From assembly GCA_963788195.1 (NCBI GenBank), contig CAWBGA010000011.1, forward strand, positions 33,206 through 57,205: a stretch of 24,000 bases of DNA, read 5' to 3'. Below the pieces are notes generated by a model that saw only the letters and a program-made list of their open reading frames with translations, searched no databases and was not told the DNA's origin. The DNA is from Nitrospirota bacterium (GTDB lineage Bacteria > Nitrospirota > Nitrospiria > Nitrospirales > NS-4). The stretch's first letter is position 1, and the number at the start of each line of letters is the position of its first letter. Both the position numbers and the translations under genes were made by a program. Of this stretch, positions 6,966-15,249 are shown in pieces.

Positions 6966-7735
6966 AGCGAGTGGTTTCCTATGGGAAGCGCTCGGCGTAG
7001 CCTGATAAAATATTCAATATTCCCTTTCTGCCCCGCGATCGGCGACGTCATCTCCTCCAGCCACAGCCATCCCTGCGCTTCAAGATCCCGCCGGACCCGC
7101 GCCACGGTGTCCAACCGGACCTGCTGATCTCGAATGACCCCTCCTCTGCCGAGTTTTCCTTTGCCGATTTCGAATTGCGGCTTGAGAAGGGCAAGCACAA
7201 ACCCGGCCCCATCCAAGACTCGAGCCACGGCGGGGAGAATTAGAGCCAGCGAGATAAATGAGACATCGATCGTCGCTATGTCTACCTTCTCGGGAACCAT
7301 CGTTCGGTCCAGGTATCGGGCATTGCAGCGTTCGATAACGACCACCCGAGGGTCCTGGCGAAGCCGCCAGGCAAGTTGCCCATAGCCCACATCCACGGCG
7401 TACACCTTGGCCGCTCCGCCCTGGATCAAGCAATCGGTAAATCCGCCGGTGGACGCCCCGATGTCCAGGGCCGTCAGGCCAGCCGGGGCAATTGAAAACC
7501 GTTCCAGGGCTGCGGCGAGTTTGAGGCCACCACGACCCACGAAAGGATGCGCGGGGCCGCGAACAGAGATTTCAGTGTCATGAGCAATGCGATGCGAGTT
7601 GTGAGCCACGGGTACGCCCGAGACTGCGACCAAACCCGCGAGAATCATTCCCTGCGCGCGCTCCCGGCTCTCCGCAAGGCCACGCCGGACCATTGCGACA
7701 TCAAGACGCTCTTCCTGGATCATCTCTTTGGTCAC
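6962..7735 (-). CDS. tlyA: TlyA-family rRNA 2'-O-methyltransferase (S4 + FtsJ-like domains)
   Basis: RLDVAMVRRGLAESRERAQ..., FVGRGGLKLAAAL, LDIGASTGGFTDCL, VYAVDVGYGQL and LLKPQFE. Its stop overlaps the epimerase start by 4 nt. Confidence 0.85.
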   Translation of the reverse strand: MTKEMIQEERLDVAMVRRGLAESRERAQGMILAGLVAVSGVPVAHNSHRIAHDTEISVRGPAHPFVGRGGLKLAAALERFSIAPAGLTALDIGASTGGFTDCLIQGGAAKVYAVDVGYGQLAWRLRQDPRVVVIERCNARYLDRTMVPEKVDIATIDVSFISLALILPAVARVLDGAGFVLALLKPQFEIGKGKLGRGGVIRDQQVRLDTVARVRRDLEAQGWLWLEEMTSPIAGQKGNIEYFIRLRRALPIGNHSL

Positions 7736-8025
7736 GTTGTCGGGGGGCTTTCAGTATCCAAATCATTCCTGTCGCCGTTGTCCACCTCGGACCCGGGTAT
7801 CATCTCCAGCTCAAATGGTCGGGTTCGTTTGCTGCCATCCTTATCCTTAAGAAGAATTTCAACCTTGCGCTCTGCATCCTCGAGCATTTTAAGGCAGGTC
7901 TTTGACAGCTTCATGCCTTCCTCAAAGATCCGCATCGAATCGTCAAGGGGAAGCTGGCCACGCTCAAGCTCGTTCACGATCGCCTCGAGTCGTGCGAGCG
8001 CCTCTTCAAATTTTACGGTCGCCAC
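7732..8025 (-). CDS. xseB: Exodeoxyribonuclease VII small subunit
   Basis: FEEALARLEAIVNELERGQLPLDDSMRIFEEGMKLSKTCLKMLEDAERKVEIL is the XseB helical hairpin signature. There is a 4-nt overlap with tlyA. Confidence 0.9.
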   Translation of the reverse strand: MATVKFEEALARLEAIVNELERGQLPLDDSMRIFEEGMKLSKTCLKMLEDAERKVEILLKDKDGSKRTRPFELEMIPGSEVDNGDRNDLDTESPPTT

Positions 8026-8549
8026 AACACCCTCTCAGTTATTGACACCCATTCCACCCGCCCGCCCCGCGCTGCCAAGACAGCCGCTTTTCCCGTGGCA
8101 CCCGCCAACAAGCTTCCATTACACCCAGCCCCCCCGAGCTGCCAAGACGAGCTCCTTATCCGTGGTCCTTTATTTAACCACCGGGATGGTTTATCCGCTC
8201 CAGTAGGATTCCCCGGCTGCAATTCCTCGCCGAGTTGCCTGACTTCACAGACGATGTCACCGGAGGCCAATCGGATATGCACGGCATCGCCAGGCGCCAC
8301 ATCATCGGCCTTTCGTAAGAGCTGCATCTGCGGCCAACGACGCGTGATACTGTAGCCGCGCGCGAGAATAGCTAATGGACTCAGCGCATGAAGCGCTCCA
8401 GCGTTTTGCTGCAAGGACTGTCCCCAGCCCGTCAGGATCGCGCGTACCCGCTGTTCAAGCCGCGTTCGGAGCTGCGGTATCATCGCCAGCCCTTGTTCAA
8501 CCCGGCGGATAGGGCTTCTGAAGAAGGAGTTCCTGGCGTAGGCTGTCAA
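8013..8549 (-). CDS. xseA: Exodeoxyribonuclease VII large subunit, C-terminal fragment
   Basis: ...LHALSPLAILARGYSITR...APGDAVHIRLASGDIVCEV is the XseA C-terminal region. The last ~70 codons (8230-8013) run through a repeat element and look non-coding, so the true stop is uncertain. Confidence 0.75.
   Translation of the reverse strand: MTAYARNSFFRSPIRRVEQGLAMIPQLRTRLEQRVRAILTGWGQSLQQNAGALHALSPLAILARGYSITRRWPQMQLLRKADDVAPGDAVHIRLASGDIVCEVRQLGEELQPGNPTGADKPSRWLNKGPRIRSSSWQLGGAGCNGSLLAGATGKAAVLAARGGRVEWVSITERVLWRP
8050..8165. repeat. Two tandem, imperfect ~49-nt repeat units with a 67-nt period and a CTGCCAAGAC core
   Basis: Unit 1 at 8050-8098 and unit 2 at 8117-8165 match at 37 of 49 positions by my hand alignment. 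The motif order is CATTxCACCC...GCTGCCAAGAC...CCGTGG. The two units fall in different reading frames of ORF 8013-8549. Confidence 0.7.
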
Positions 8550-9567
8550 TCACGCGGCGCGCCCGTAGCATTCGACTGCTCTCAGCCAGGCAGAGACGCA
8601 TTTCCAATTCATCGCGGCGTTGCATGTTCCGTTGCACCATGGCCGCCGGATCCAGCAGCGCGCGGCGTTCGGTATCTACGCACGCCCGCCTGTCGCGCAA
8701 CCCACTCCGGGTCGCTTGGACCACCCGCTGCCCATAGCTCGTCAGTCGCTTCGTGATCTCCAATTGGTCAGGCAAAATCAGCTCCACAGCCGCAGAAGGA
8801 GTCGGCGCACGCAAATCCGCAACAAAGTCGACGATGGTGTAATCGATCTCATGGCCCACGGCCGAAACGACGGGAATGCGGGAGGCGGCAATCGCCCGCA
8901 CGACAACCTCTTCGTTGAAGGCCCACAGGTCCTCAAGGGAGCCGCCACCGCGTCCCACGATGAGAACATCGAGCCCGCCAAGTTCGTTCATTTCCCCGAT
9001 GGCCTGGGCGATCTCGACAGCAGCGCCGATCCCCTGTACGCCGACGGGATTCAGCACCAGCTCGATGTTTGGCCAGCGCCGATGGGCGACCTGGATCATG
9101 TCTCGGATCGCCGCACCGGTCGGTGACGTGACGATTCCGATCCGCCTGGGAAACACTGGCAGCGGTCGCTTACGGCCCGCATCGAACAGGCCTTCAGCGG
9201 CCAGCCGCTGTTTCAGCTGCTCGAACGCAACCTGAAGAGCGCCGATTCCTTTGGGCTCGGCGTAGTCGACCAGCATCTGGTAATCGCCTTTTGGCTCATA
9301 CACTGTCAGGCGTCCTCGGCAGATGACGCACATTCCGTCCTTGAGTTGAAATCGCATGAAACGCCCCACCGACCGGAACATGACCGCCCGCATCTGACTT
9401 GAGGCATCTTTCAGCGTGAAGTATGCGTGACCGGAGGACGGCATGCGCAGATTGGAGATCTCACCTTCGAGCCAGACATCCGCGAATCCCGCTTCCACAT
9501 GGGTGCGCAGCAGAGCGGTCAGCGCCGAGACTGAGAGAATAACACGAGGAATCTGCGGCAATCGCAT
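8497..9567 (-). CDS. xseA: Exodeoxyribonuclease VII large subunit, N-terminal fragment (OB fold + catalytic domain)
   Basis: LSVSALTALLRTHVE..VWLEGEISNL...SGHAYFTLKD, IGIVTSPTGAAIRD, LIVGRGGGSLEDLWAFNEE and SAVGHEIDYTI. The frame breaks around 8509-8549 (RQELLLQK | PIRRVEQGL). Confidence 0.9.
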   Translation of the reverse strand: MRLPQIPRVILSVSALTALLRTHVEAGFADVWLEGEISNLRMPSSGHAYFTLKDASSQMRAVMFRSVGRFMRFQLKDGMCVICRGRLTVYEPKGDYQMLVDYAEPKGIGALQVAFEQLKQRLAAEGLFDAGRKRPLPVFPRRIGIVTSPTGAAIRDMIQVAHRRWPNIELVLNPVGVQGIGAAVEIAQAIGEMNELGGLDVLIVGRGGGSLEDLWAFNEEVVVRAIAASRIPVVSAVGHEIDYTIVDFVADLRAPTPSAAVELILPDQLEITKRLTSYGQRVVQATRSGLRDRRACVDTERRALLDPAAMVQRNMQRRDELEMRLCLAESSRMLRARRVIDSLRQELLLQKPYPPG

Positions 9568-9572
9568 CTCGA

Positions 9573-10367
9573 TCAGTCCTGCAGACGAATCCGCTCGATC
9601 GACACGGCTTTTCCGAGAGCGACATCGACTTCAAAGAGTACTGCGGAGAAAATACACGGGCCGGCCGCCACCTCGAAACGTCGCGGCATCTGGGTCAGAA
9701 ATTTCTCAATCGCGAGTTCTTTCTTTACTCCTATCACAGATTCGGATGGCCCCGTCATACCGGTTTCCGTCAAATACGCGGTCCCCTTCGGCAGGATTCG
9801 TTCGTCCGCGGTCTGGACATGTGTGTGCGTCCCGAACACGCCGCTGACGGTCCCGTCCAAATACCAGCCCATCGCCATCTTCTCAGAGGTGGCTTCTGCG
9901 TGCATATCGACGACAATGCAGGAGACCTCTCTGCGGAGCCGATCCACCTCTTCACGGCCGACCCGGAACGGACAATCCAAAGTCGGCATCGACACGCGGC
10001 CCATCAATTGCAGAACCCCGATCTTTTCGCCGCTGGACGTCATCGTGACGACGCTGCCGCACCCTGGGACCCCCTTCGGATAGTTCGCAGGCCGGAGCAA
10101 TCTAGGCTCATCGTCTATGTATTCAATGATCTCTTTTTTGTCCCAGATGTGGTTTCCGCTCGTAATGACATGGACTCCAGCCTTGAATAATTCCTTGGCA
10201 ATATCGGGAGTGATCCCGAACCCTCCCGCGGCGTTCTCCCCGTTGGCGATGACGAAGTCGACTCCCCGCTCGCCGACAAACCTCGGCACCTGCCGGGCAA
10301 CCGTTTTACGGCCCGGCTCCCCGAAGATATCGCCAATGAATAGAATTCTCCGCATCTTTGCCGTCAC
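9573..10367 (-). CDS. ymdB: YmdB-family metallophosphoesterase (2',3'-cyclic-nucleotide phosphodiesterase, TIGR00282-like)
   Basis: RILFIGDIFGEPGR, VIANGENAAGGFGIT, ITSGNHIWDKKE, VDMHAEATSEK and VFGTHTHVQTADERIL. GTG at 10367 overlaps the rny stop (GTGA); ATG at 10355 is an alternative start. Confidence 0.9.
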   Translation of the reverse strand: MTAKMRRILFIGDIFGEPGRKTVARQVPRFVGERGVDFVIANGENAAGGFGITPDIAKELFKAGVHVITSGNHIWDKKEIIEYIDDEPRLLRPANYPKGVPGCGSVVTMTSSGEKIGVLQLMGRVSMPTLDCPFRVGREEVDRLRREVSCIVVDMHAEATSEKMAMGWYLDGTVSGVFGTHTHVQTADERILPKGTAYLTETGMTGPSESVIGVKKELAIEKFLTQMPRRFEVAAGPCIFSAVLFEVDVALGKAVSIERIRLQD

Positions 10368-11953
10368 TTCGCGACGTCCACGTACCGGCTTTCTCGAATC
10401 ACCGTCACCTTGATCTGGCCGGGGTAAGTCAGTTCCTGCTCGATCTTGCGCGCCAGGTCACGGGATAACTGGGCGCACTCGGCATCGGCGATGGAATCCT
10501 GTTTGACAATGACCCGGATTTCTCGCCCGGCTTGAATGGCGTAGGCTTTGTCCACCCCTTTGTAATCGACGGCGAGCTTTTCCAGTTTTTCAAGCCGCTT
10601 AATGTACGCCTCCACGGTTTCTCTTCGAGCGCCCGGGCGAGCGGCGGATAGCGATTCCGCGGCCGCGACGAGGACGGTTTCGGCGCAGATCGGGTCGACT
10701 TGCTCATGATGGGCAGCGATCGCATTGACGACTCTGGGTTCTTCCCCGTATTTCTTTGCAAAATCGCCTCCAATGATCGCGTGGGGACCTTCCTCTTCCT
10801 GACTCAGAGCCTTGCCCATATCATGCATGAGCGCCCCGCGGCGGGCCAATCGAATATCCAGTTCCAACTCGGCCGCCATGATGCCGCAGATAAAAGCCGC
10901 CTCCCGAGCATGGTACAGATTATTTTGACCGTAGCTTGTGCGGAACTTCAAACGACCGAGGAGCTTGACAATTTCGGAATGCACGCCCGGAATGCCGAGT
11001 TCGAAAAGGATTTTCTCTGCCTCCTCAATCATCAGCTTATCGATGTCTTTTTTGACCCGCTCCACCACTTCCTCTATCCGAGTCGGATGGATCCTGCCAT
11101 CGGCCATCAAGCGCTCCAGAGACACCTTGGCAATTTCCCGGCGAAGTGGATCAAATCCGGATATCATCACCGCCTCGGGTGTCTCGTCCACGACAAGGTC
11201 CACCCCCGTCGCCGCCTCTAACGCGCGAATATTGCGGCCTTCCCGGCCAATGATCCGGCCTTTCATGCCGTCATTCGGAATCGCCACCACTGAGATCGTT
11301 GATTCCGCGACATAATCACGGGTGATCCGCTGAATCGATCGGGTGATGATCTCCTTCGCCTCCCGGTCGGCTGTTTCTTTAGCTTCGTCTTGAATACGCT
11401 TGACCATTTTGGCCGCATCGAATTTTGCTTCTTTTTCAATCTCAAGCATGATCGCCGTCTTGGCCTGATCGGCCGTCATTCCCGACGCATGCTCAAGAGC
11501 TGCGATACGTTCGCGCGTTAAACCCTCAACCGCGATTTCCTTATCCTGGACGGCTTTTTCGCGAAGCCCCACCGCTCGCTCTTTAGCCTGAAGGTCCTCT
11601 TCCCGTCGCTCATATTGCGAAGCCTTGCGGTCAAGAGTCTCTTCCTTCTGAAGCAAACGCTTCTCAAGGGCGAGGATTTCGGCCCGGTGTGTCTGGATCT
11701 CCTTCTCCAGATCGGTCTTCGCCTGGACGATAAGATCCTTGGCCTCGAGCTTGGCCTCTCGCGCTCGTGTGTCAGCATCTTTCTCGGCAGCACGAATAAT
11801 TTGCGCGGCGCGATCCTCTGCAAGTCTAAACCGGGACGATACGACCCACCCCTGGATGATCCAGAACATCCCGGCCCCGACCGCGGTCCCCCCCGCGACT
11901 GCCACAATGATCATCGCTATATCTGTAATGGTAGCCTCCCCACTATTTAGCAA
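10364..11953 (-). CDS. rny: Ribonuclease Y (N-terminal TM helix, coiled coil, KH and HD domains)
   Basis: KH domain: GRIIGREGRNIRALE. HD domain: LMHDMGKA...AIAAHH. A long E/K/A-rich coiled coil and the rny-ymdB pairing also fit. The start is ambiguous between TTG at 11953 and ATG at 11914. Confidence 0.92.
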   Translation of the reverse strand: MLNSGEATITDIAMIIVAVAGGTAVGAGMFWIIQGWVVSSRFRLAEDRAAQIIRAAEKDADTRAREAKLEAKDLIVQAKTDLEKEIQTHRAEILALEKRLLQKEETLDRKASQYERREEDLQAKERAVGLREKAVQDKEIAVEGLTRERIAALEHASGMTADQAKTAIMLEIEKEAKFDAAKMVKRIQDEAKETADREAKEIITRSIQRITRDYVAESTISVVAIPNDGMKGRIIGREGRNIRALEAATGVDLVVDETPEAVMISGFDPLRREIAKVSLERLMADGRIHPTRIEEVVERVKKDIDKLMIEEAEKILFELGIPGVHSEIVKLLGRLKFRTSYGQNNLYHAREAAFICGIMAAELELDIRLARRGALMHDMGKALSQEEEGPHAIIGGDFAKKYGEEPRVVNAIAAHHEQVDPICAETVLVAAAESLSAARPGARRETVEAYIKRLEKLEKLAVDYKGVDKAYAIQAGREIRVIVKQDSIADAECAQLSRDLARKIEQELTYPGQIKVTVIRESRYVDVAK

Positions 11954-11991
11954 GGCCAGGGCGGCCTCACTCGGCTGCGTCGCCGAATTTT

Positions 11992-12303
11992 CAGTGGAAG
12001 AGAGCGAACGTGAAGGAGCTAGACAGGAACGTTGACCAGCGAGATCACACCCATGGGCCGCGCTGAGTTAAACCTTGCAGAACTTCCATCAAAAGCGCCG
12101 CGGTCGCCTCGATGGATAGAGAGAGCTTTCATTCTTCCCGAACCGCTTACCTCTCCGGCGCTGCTGATGCGCCGGTTCAACCCGCTCTTCTTTGGGGTGT
12201 GATGGCATGGCACTGAGTTCCGACTGTGAAAATTTATGATCCTTCAGTTTCGCGCCCCGCGGCAACCGGGCATAAACCCGTCCGCGAACTTCTCCCAACT
12301 GGT
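11992..12303 (-). ncRNA. Candidate structured untranslated RNA between zapA and rny; either a stand-alone sRNA such as 6S, or the rny 5' leader
   Basis: It starts ~6-8 nt downstream of a near-consensus promoter and contains no credible ORF. Long-range complementarity seen by eye: 12301-12289 (CAGUUGGGAGAAG) with 12004-11992 (CUCUCUUCCACUG), and 12203-12195 (AUCACACCC) with 12052-12044 (GGGUGUGAU). A local hairpin lies at 12174-12154 (CCGGCGC-AUCAGCA-GCGCCGG). The ends are not defined. Confidence 0.3.
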
Positions 12304-12308
12304 GTTTT

Positions 12309-12337
12309 ATTGTAGCAAGGTTCCCCCAAACCATCAA
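12309..12337 (-). promoter_or_regulatory. Near-consensus sigma70-type promoter immediately downstream of zapA
   Basis: On the minus strand: TTGATG (12337-12332), a 17-nt spacer, TACAAT (12314-12309). It begins 11 nt after the zapA stop codon. Confidence 0.6.
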
Positions 12338-12347
12338 TAAAAAAAGT

Positions 12348-12638
12348 CTATTTGCTGCCTCCCATAGTCTCTTGAATTGACTCGATCAGACCCGTCGCTC
12401 GACGATCCAGTTCATCTGCATGCGCCTGTTGCTGCTTAATGGCTTGGTACAGCTCATCGGCCAGATTAATGGCTGTCAAGACCGCCAATTGCATGGGCGT
12501 GGCATTCCTCATCTTGGTCGCCAGCGTGTGCATCTGCTTATCAACCTGCCGGCCGAGCTCCCGGACATAGCTTTCTTCCGCATCGCCACGAATCGTGTAC
12601 CGGCACCCGTACACCTCAATCTCGAAGGCTTGGCTCAC
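12348..12638 (-). CDS. zapA: Cell division protein ZapA
   Basis: FEIEVYGCRYTIRGDAEESYVRELGRQVDKQMHTLATKM...QLAVLTAINLADELY matches the ZapA pattern. The likely start is GTG at 12638, 12 nt after GGAGG. The tracked ORF extends to 12671 and overlaps zapB. Confidence 0.8.
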   Translation of the reverse strand: MSQAFEIEVYGCRYTIRGDAEESYVRELGRQVDKQMHTLATKMRNATPMQLAVLTAINLADELYQAIKQQQAHADELDRRATGLIESIQETMGGSK

Positions 12639-12870
12639 TAAATTCAATGGCCTCCAAGTCTCCCAAAACATTGCCTAACTTTGCGCGTAACCAGCCTCGT
12701 TCCTTTTCCCACCGTCTGAGCGTCGCATTCTGGGAGGTCAGTCTTCCATCAATCTCGCGGAGACGCTCTTCCAAATGCGCGTTGCGCCCTTTTAGTTCCT
12801 GGAGGTGGGTGATCAAGTTCTTTACCTGCGCTTCCAGGTCCGCAAGTTTATTCGACGAGATCCCCGCCAC
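12616..12870 (-). CDS. zapB: ZapB-like coiled-coil cell-division protein
   Basis: 84-aa all-helical heptad-rich protein (LADLEAQVKNLITHLQELKGRNAHLEERLREIDGRL...) encoded directly upstream of zapA. Confidence 0.5.
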   Translation of the reverse strand: MAGISSNKLADLEAQVKNLITHLQELKGRNAHLEERLREIDGRLTSQNATLRRWEKERGWLRAKLGNVLGDLEAIEFSEPSLRD

Positions 12871-14497
12871 GGCAGCGAACTATACCTCGCTCGCTTAACC
12901 TTGTCAATGTCGACGGATCGGCTTGGGGCGGATAGATTCTTTTGTATTCGCCGTAACTTCGGAGCACTTTCTTCACGTAATTTCTTGTTTCTGTGTAAGG
13001 AATCGACTCTATGAATTCGTCTTGCTCTTTATCCCCTCTTAGTTGCACCCATTTCGAAACGACCTCCGGTCCGGCATTGTATGCGGCAATGACGTAGACC
13101 AAATTATTGGGGAACTTTTCAGCGAGATGCCGGAGGTACCAACTCCCGAGGCGGATGTTGTAGCAGGGTTCAAACAATCGATCTCGGCGAAAAAGTTGCT
13201 GCGAGTCCAATTGCTCTGCAATTTTCTGCCCGGTTTGCGGCATGACCTGCATCAAACCTAGCGCACCGGCGGAAGAGATGGCACTGGGATTGTACGCGCT
13301 CTCCTCTCGAATGATCGCGGTGATTAAATGGGTATCGACTCGCTGGGTCTCGGGGAGCGCCCGGATAATCGAAAAGTATCCACCGGGATAGGCTAGTTCC
13401 CAAAACGTTTTGCCGATACCCGGCCCACCGCGTTCGACAGCCTCCGCGAAAAATGTCCGAACTAACGAAAGCGCGCGGTGATATTCGCCGGCGGAGCCTA
13501 AAAGACTTGCGAGCCAAAGTGCGGTCCCTCGGTCTTGGCCGAGCCGGGGAGTCAGGGTCAACAACTCTTCGGCAGCCTCGCGCTGCCATCCAAGAAGCTG
13601 AAGCTCTTCGGCGCGTTGGTAATGGGCGTCCGTCATGAGATTATTGGCCTGCGAAGCGGACGCGTCAGGCAATGTTATCTGGCTGCCGCTGGTGAGCTCC
13701 CCGCTGCCTTGGTCTACACGCCCGTTGCGCGCCTGTCCTATTTGACAATAATAGGAACGAGGTGCCTCAGTACAAACCAATTGAATCGTATCGAATGCCT
13801 TCTGACGGTCCCCGAGTTTTTCAAGAGTTCGCGCTTTCCAGTAGAGCGCCTGAGCGGCACTCGATCCTGAGGCCTGTGCGGCTCGGGTTTCTTCAAAAGC
13901 AAGAAGGCTTTGGGCATAACGCTTTTCGTTATAATGCAGCCATCCGATCTGCCACAGCGCTTCTGCGGCAGTGGGAGTTGTTGCCGCGGCATCCGCCGCC
14001 TGACGGTAGGTGCTGATGGCCTCCTCGGGCCGGCCGCGATCCAGATACCCTGCAGCCAGCAGTAAGAGAAATTTCGCCTTCAATTCTCCTGAGAGCAGAC
14101 CTGTATTCACGTCCCGAGCCAGAGCATCGAACGGCTCGTCCGCGCGTTGCCGCAAGTACACTCGGGCCAACCAGAGCACCGCCTCCTGTGAGACCGCGCC
14201 AGCACGAGTCCGGATGAGCTCCGCGAAGATCGGCCGGGCTTCAATGTATTGTTTTAGCCGGAACCTGGCGATGCCCAGAGTCAGGAGAGCTTGGGGGCGA
14301 TCCGGCAGAGTGGGACCTTTGAGAGCTTCTTGCAGGACTGGCACCGCAAAGACGTATTGTCCAGCGTCAAAAAACCCCTTTGCCCGCATCCACAGATCCT
14401 TAGAACTGACCTCGGGAATCGTGACGCCTTTGTCCTTCATGGCTTGCAGCCGAAACGCCGCCTCCCCCCCTGCAGTGTCGGAGCTGAATGAATCCAA
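12848..14497 (-). CDS. slt: Soluble lytic murein transglycosylase (Slt70-like), C-terminal fragment: superhelical repeats + SLT domain
   Basis: The SLT catalytic region is IIREESAYNPSAISSAGALGLMQVMPQTG...AAYNAGPEVV. TPR-like repeats lie upstream of it. Confidence 0.88.
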   Translation of the reverse strand: MDSFSSDTAGGEAAFRLQAMKDKGVTIPEVSSKDLWMRAKGFFDAGQYVFAVPVLQEALKGPTLPDRPQALLTLGIARFRLKQYIEARPIFAELIRTRAGAVSQEAVLWLARVYLRQRADEPFDALARDVNTGLLSGELKAKFLLLLAAGYLDRGRPEEAISTYRQAADAAATTPTAAEALWQIGWLHYNEKRYAQSLLAFEETRAAQASGSSAAQALYWKARTLEKLGDRQKAFDTIQLVCTEAPRSYYCQIGQARNGRVDQGSGELTSGSQITLPDASASQANNLMTDAHYQRAEELQLLGWQREAAEELLTLTPRLGQDRGTALWLASLLGSAGEYHRALSLVRTFFAEAVERGGPGIGKTFWELAYPGGYFSIIRALPETQRVDTHLITAIIREESAYNPSAISSAGALGLMQVMPQTGQKIAEQLDSQQLFRRDRLFEPCYNIRLGSWYLRHLAEKFPNNLVYVIAAYNAGPEVVSKWVQLRGDKEQDEFIESIPYTETRNYVKKVLRSYGEYKRIYPPQADPSTLTRLSERGIVRCRGGDLVE

Positions 14498-15111
14498 ATC
14501 CTGCGATAAGTGGCGATCGCTGTCGCTTTATCTCCGGCTTTTTGATAGCAGTCGCCCTGTCTCAACAGAATTGCTGGCGCCAAAGCATGCCTTGGATAGG
14601 CCGACAGGAATGCTGCGTGCCGCTCGTTGGCTCTTCGGCAGTCCTCTGCCTGAAACCAGGCTTCTGCGGACCGATAGAGCGCCTGAGGCCGTAAGAGGCT
14701 GTCGGGATATCGGGCGCTGAGTAGATCAAAGGCGCTGGCCGAACCATTCCATTGTGAAAACCCAAAGAGCGCTTCGCCTAGATAATAATAACCGTAGTCG
14801 CCTAGGAGCGGGAGCTGCCGCTGTGCGGCCAGAAGATACACGACTGCCTGGGGATCACGTTTCTCTTGATAGTAGCGCCCGAGCACCAAAGATGCCCGAC
14901 CCGACCAGACGCTGTTCGGGAAGTCCTGGATGATCTGGAGGAGCAGTGCGTGTGCAGACGGGACTGCGCCTCGATCCAGGGCGCGCATGGCCTCGGTAAA
15001 ACATTCAGCCTCAACTGCGCAGCGAAGGGCCGATGAGTCCCCGCGCACATCGTCGCTGCCGATGGTTGTGACAAGCGCCGCCATCGTAAGTAGGAGGCAT
15101 AATTTCTTCAT
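14437..15111 (-). CDS. slt: Soluble lytic murein transglycosylase, N-terminal fragment (signal peptide + TPR-like repeats)
   Basis: MKKLCLLLTMAALVTTIGS signal peptide from ATG at 15111, then helical repeats (YYLGEALF, YRSAEAWF, LRQGDCYQKAGD). The reading must pass into the 12848-14497 frame between 14525 and 14437 (TYRRIW | DSFSSDTAGGEAAF). Confidence 0.8.
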   Translation of the reverse strand: MKKLCLLLTMAALVTTIGSDDVRGDSSALRCAVEAECFTEAMRALDRGAVPSAHALLLQIIQDFPNSVWSGRASLVLGRYYQEKRDPQAVVYLLAAQRQLPLLGDYGYYYLGEALFGFSQWNGSASAFDLLSARYPDSLLRPQALYRSAEAWFQAEDCRRANERHAAFLSAYPRHALAPAILLRQGDCYQKAGDKATAIATYRRIWIHSAPTLQGGRRRFGCKP

Positions 15112-15123
15112 AGATGTTCTAAT

Positions 15124-15180
15124 CTGCCAAGACAGATTTCTTTTTCCCCATTGCACCCGCCCGCCAAACAAAGCTTGCTC
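15124..15180. repeat. Copy of the CTGCCAAGACAG repeat family (distal half of the element)
   Basis: CTGCCAAGACAGATTTCTTTTTCCCCATTGCACCCGCCCGCCAAACAAAGCTTGC parallels 8072-8115 (CTGCCAAGACAGCCGCTTTTCCCGTGGCACCCGCCAACAAGCTTCC). It lies just upstream of the slt start. Confidence 0.65.
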
Positions 15181-15249
15181 GACCCGAAGGCCTGATGATT
15201 ATTTAAGGCCGCCGGGATAGTTTCTCTGCTCTTGATCTTTAGGAGATGC

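Noticed and set aside
8090-8115. Possible sigma54 promoter (TGGCAC) inside the repeat element
   Set aside because: GTGGCACCCGCCAACAAGC has the -24-like TGGCAC, but no TTGC(A/T) -12 element at the required 5-nt spacing. The other repeat copies read TTGCAC or GGGAC at this position.
8050-8165. CRISPR-like array (regularly spaced repeats)
   Set aside because: There are only two units, about three-quarters identical. The spacer between them is 18 nt, and no cas genes are present in the window.
7547-8206. 219-aa plus-strand ORF across tlyA, xseB and the repeat locus
   Set aside because: It lies antisense to two well-supported genes. Its S/R/P-rich low-complexity translation is typical of the wrong frame in GC-rich DNA.
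11992-12303. Identity of the untranslated region as RNase P RNA, tmRNA or SRP RNA
   Set aside because: The universally conserved strings are missing: the RNase P P4 motif GAGGAAAGUCC, the tmRNA tRNA-like ends and tag ORF, and the SRP domain IV GGAA/AGCA motifs. A 6S identity remains only a positional hypothesis.
12089-12337. 82-aa minus-strand ORF in the zapA-rny spacer
   Set aside because: The ORF would start inside or upstream of the promoter -10/-35 elements. It is extremely basic (RRRGKRFGK..SRRPRRF) and has no SD sequence. I treat it as a chance ORF within an untranslated RNA region.
14010-14720. 236-aa plus-strand ORF inside the slt gene
   Set aside because: It lies antisense to the TPR/SLT protein and its R/S/A-rich composition shows no motifs. 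Other long antisense ORFs, such as 3255-3761 (-) and 10700-11221 (+), are rejected for the same reason.
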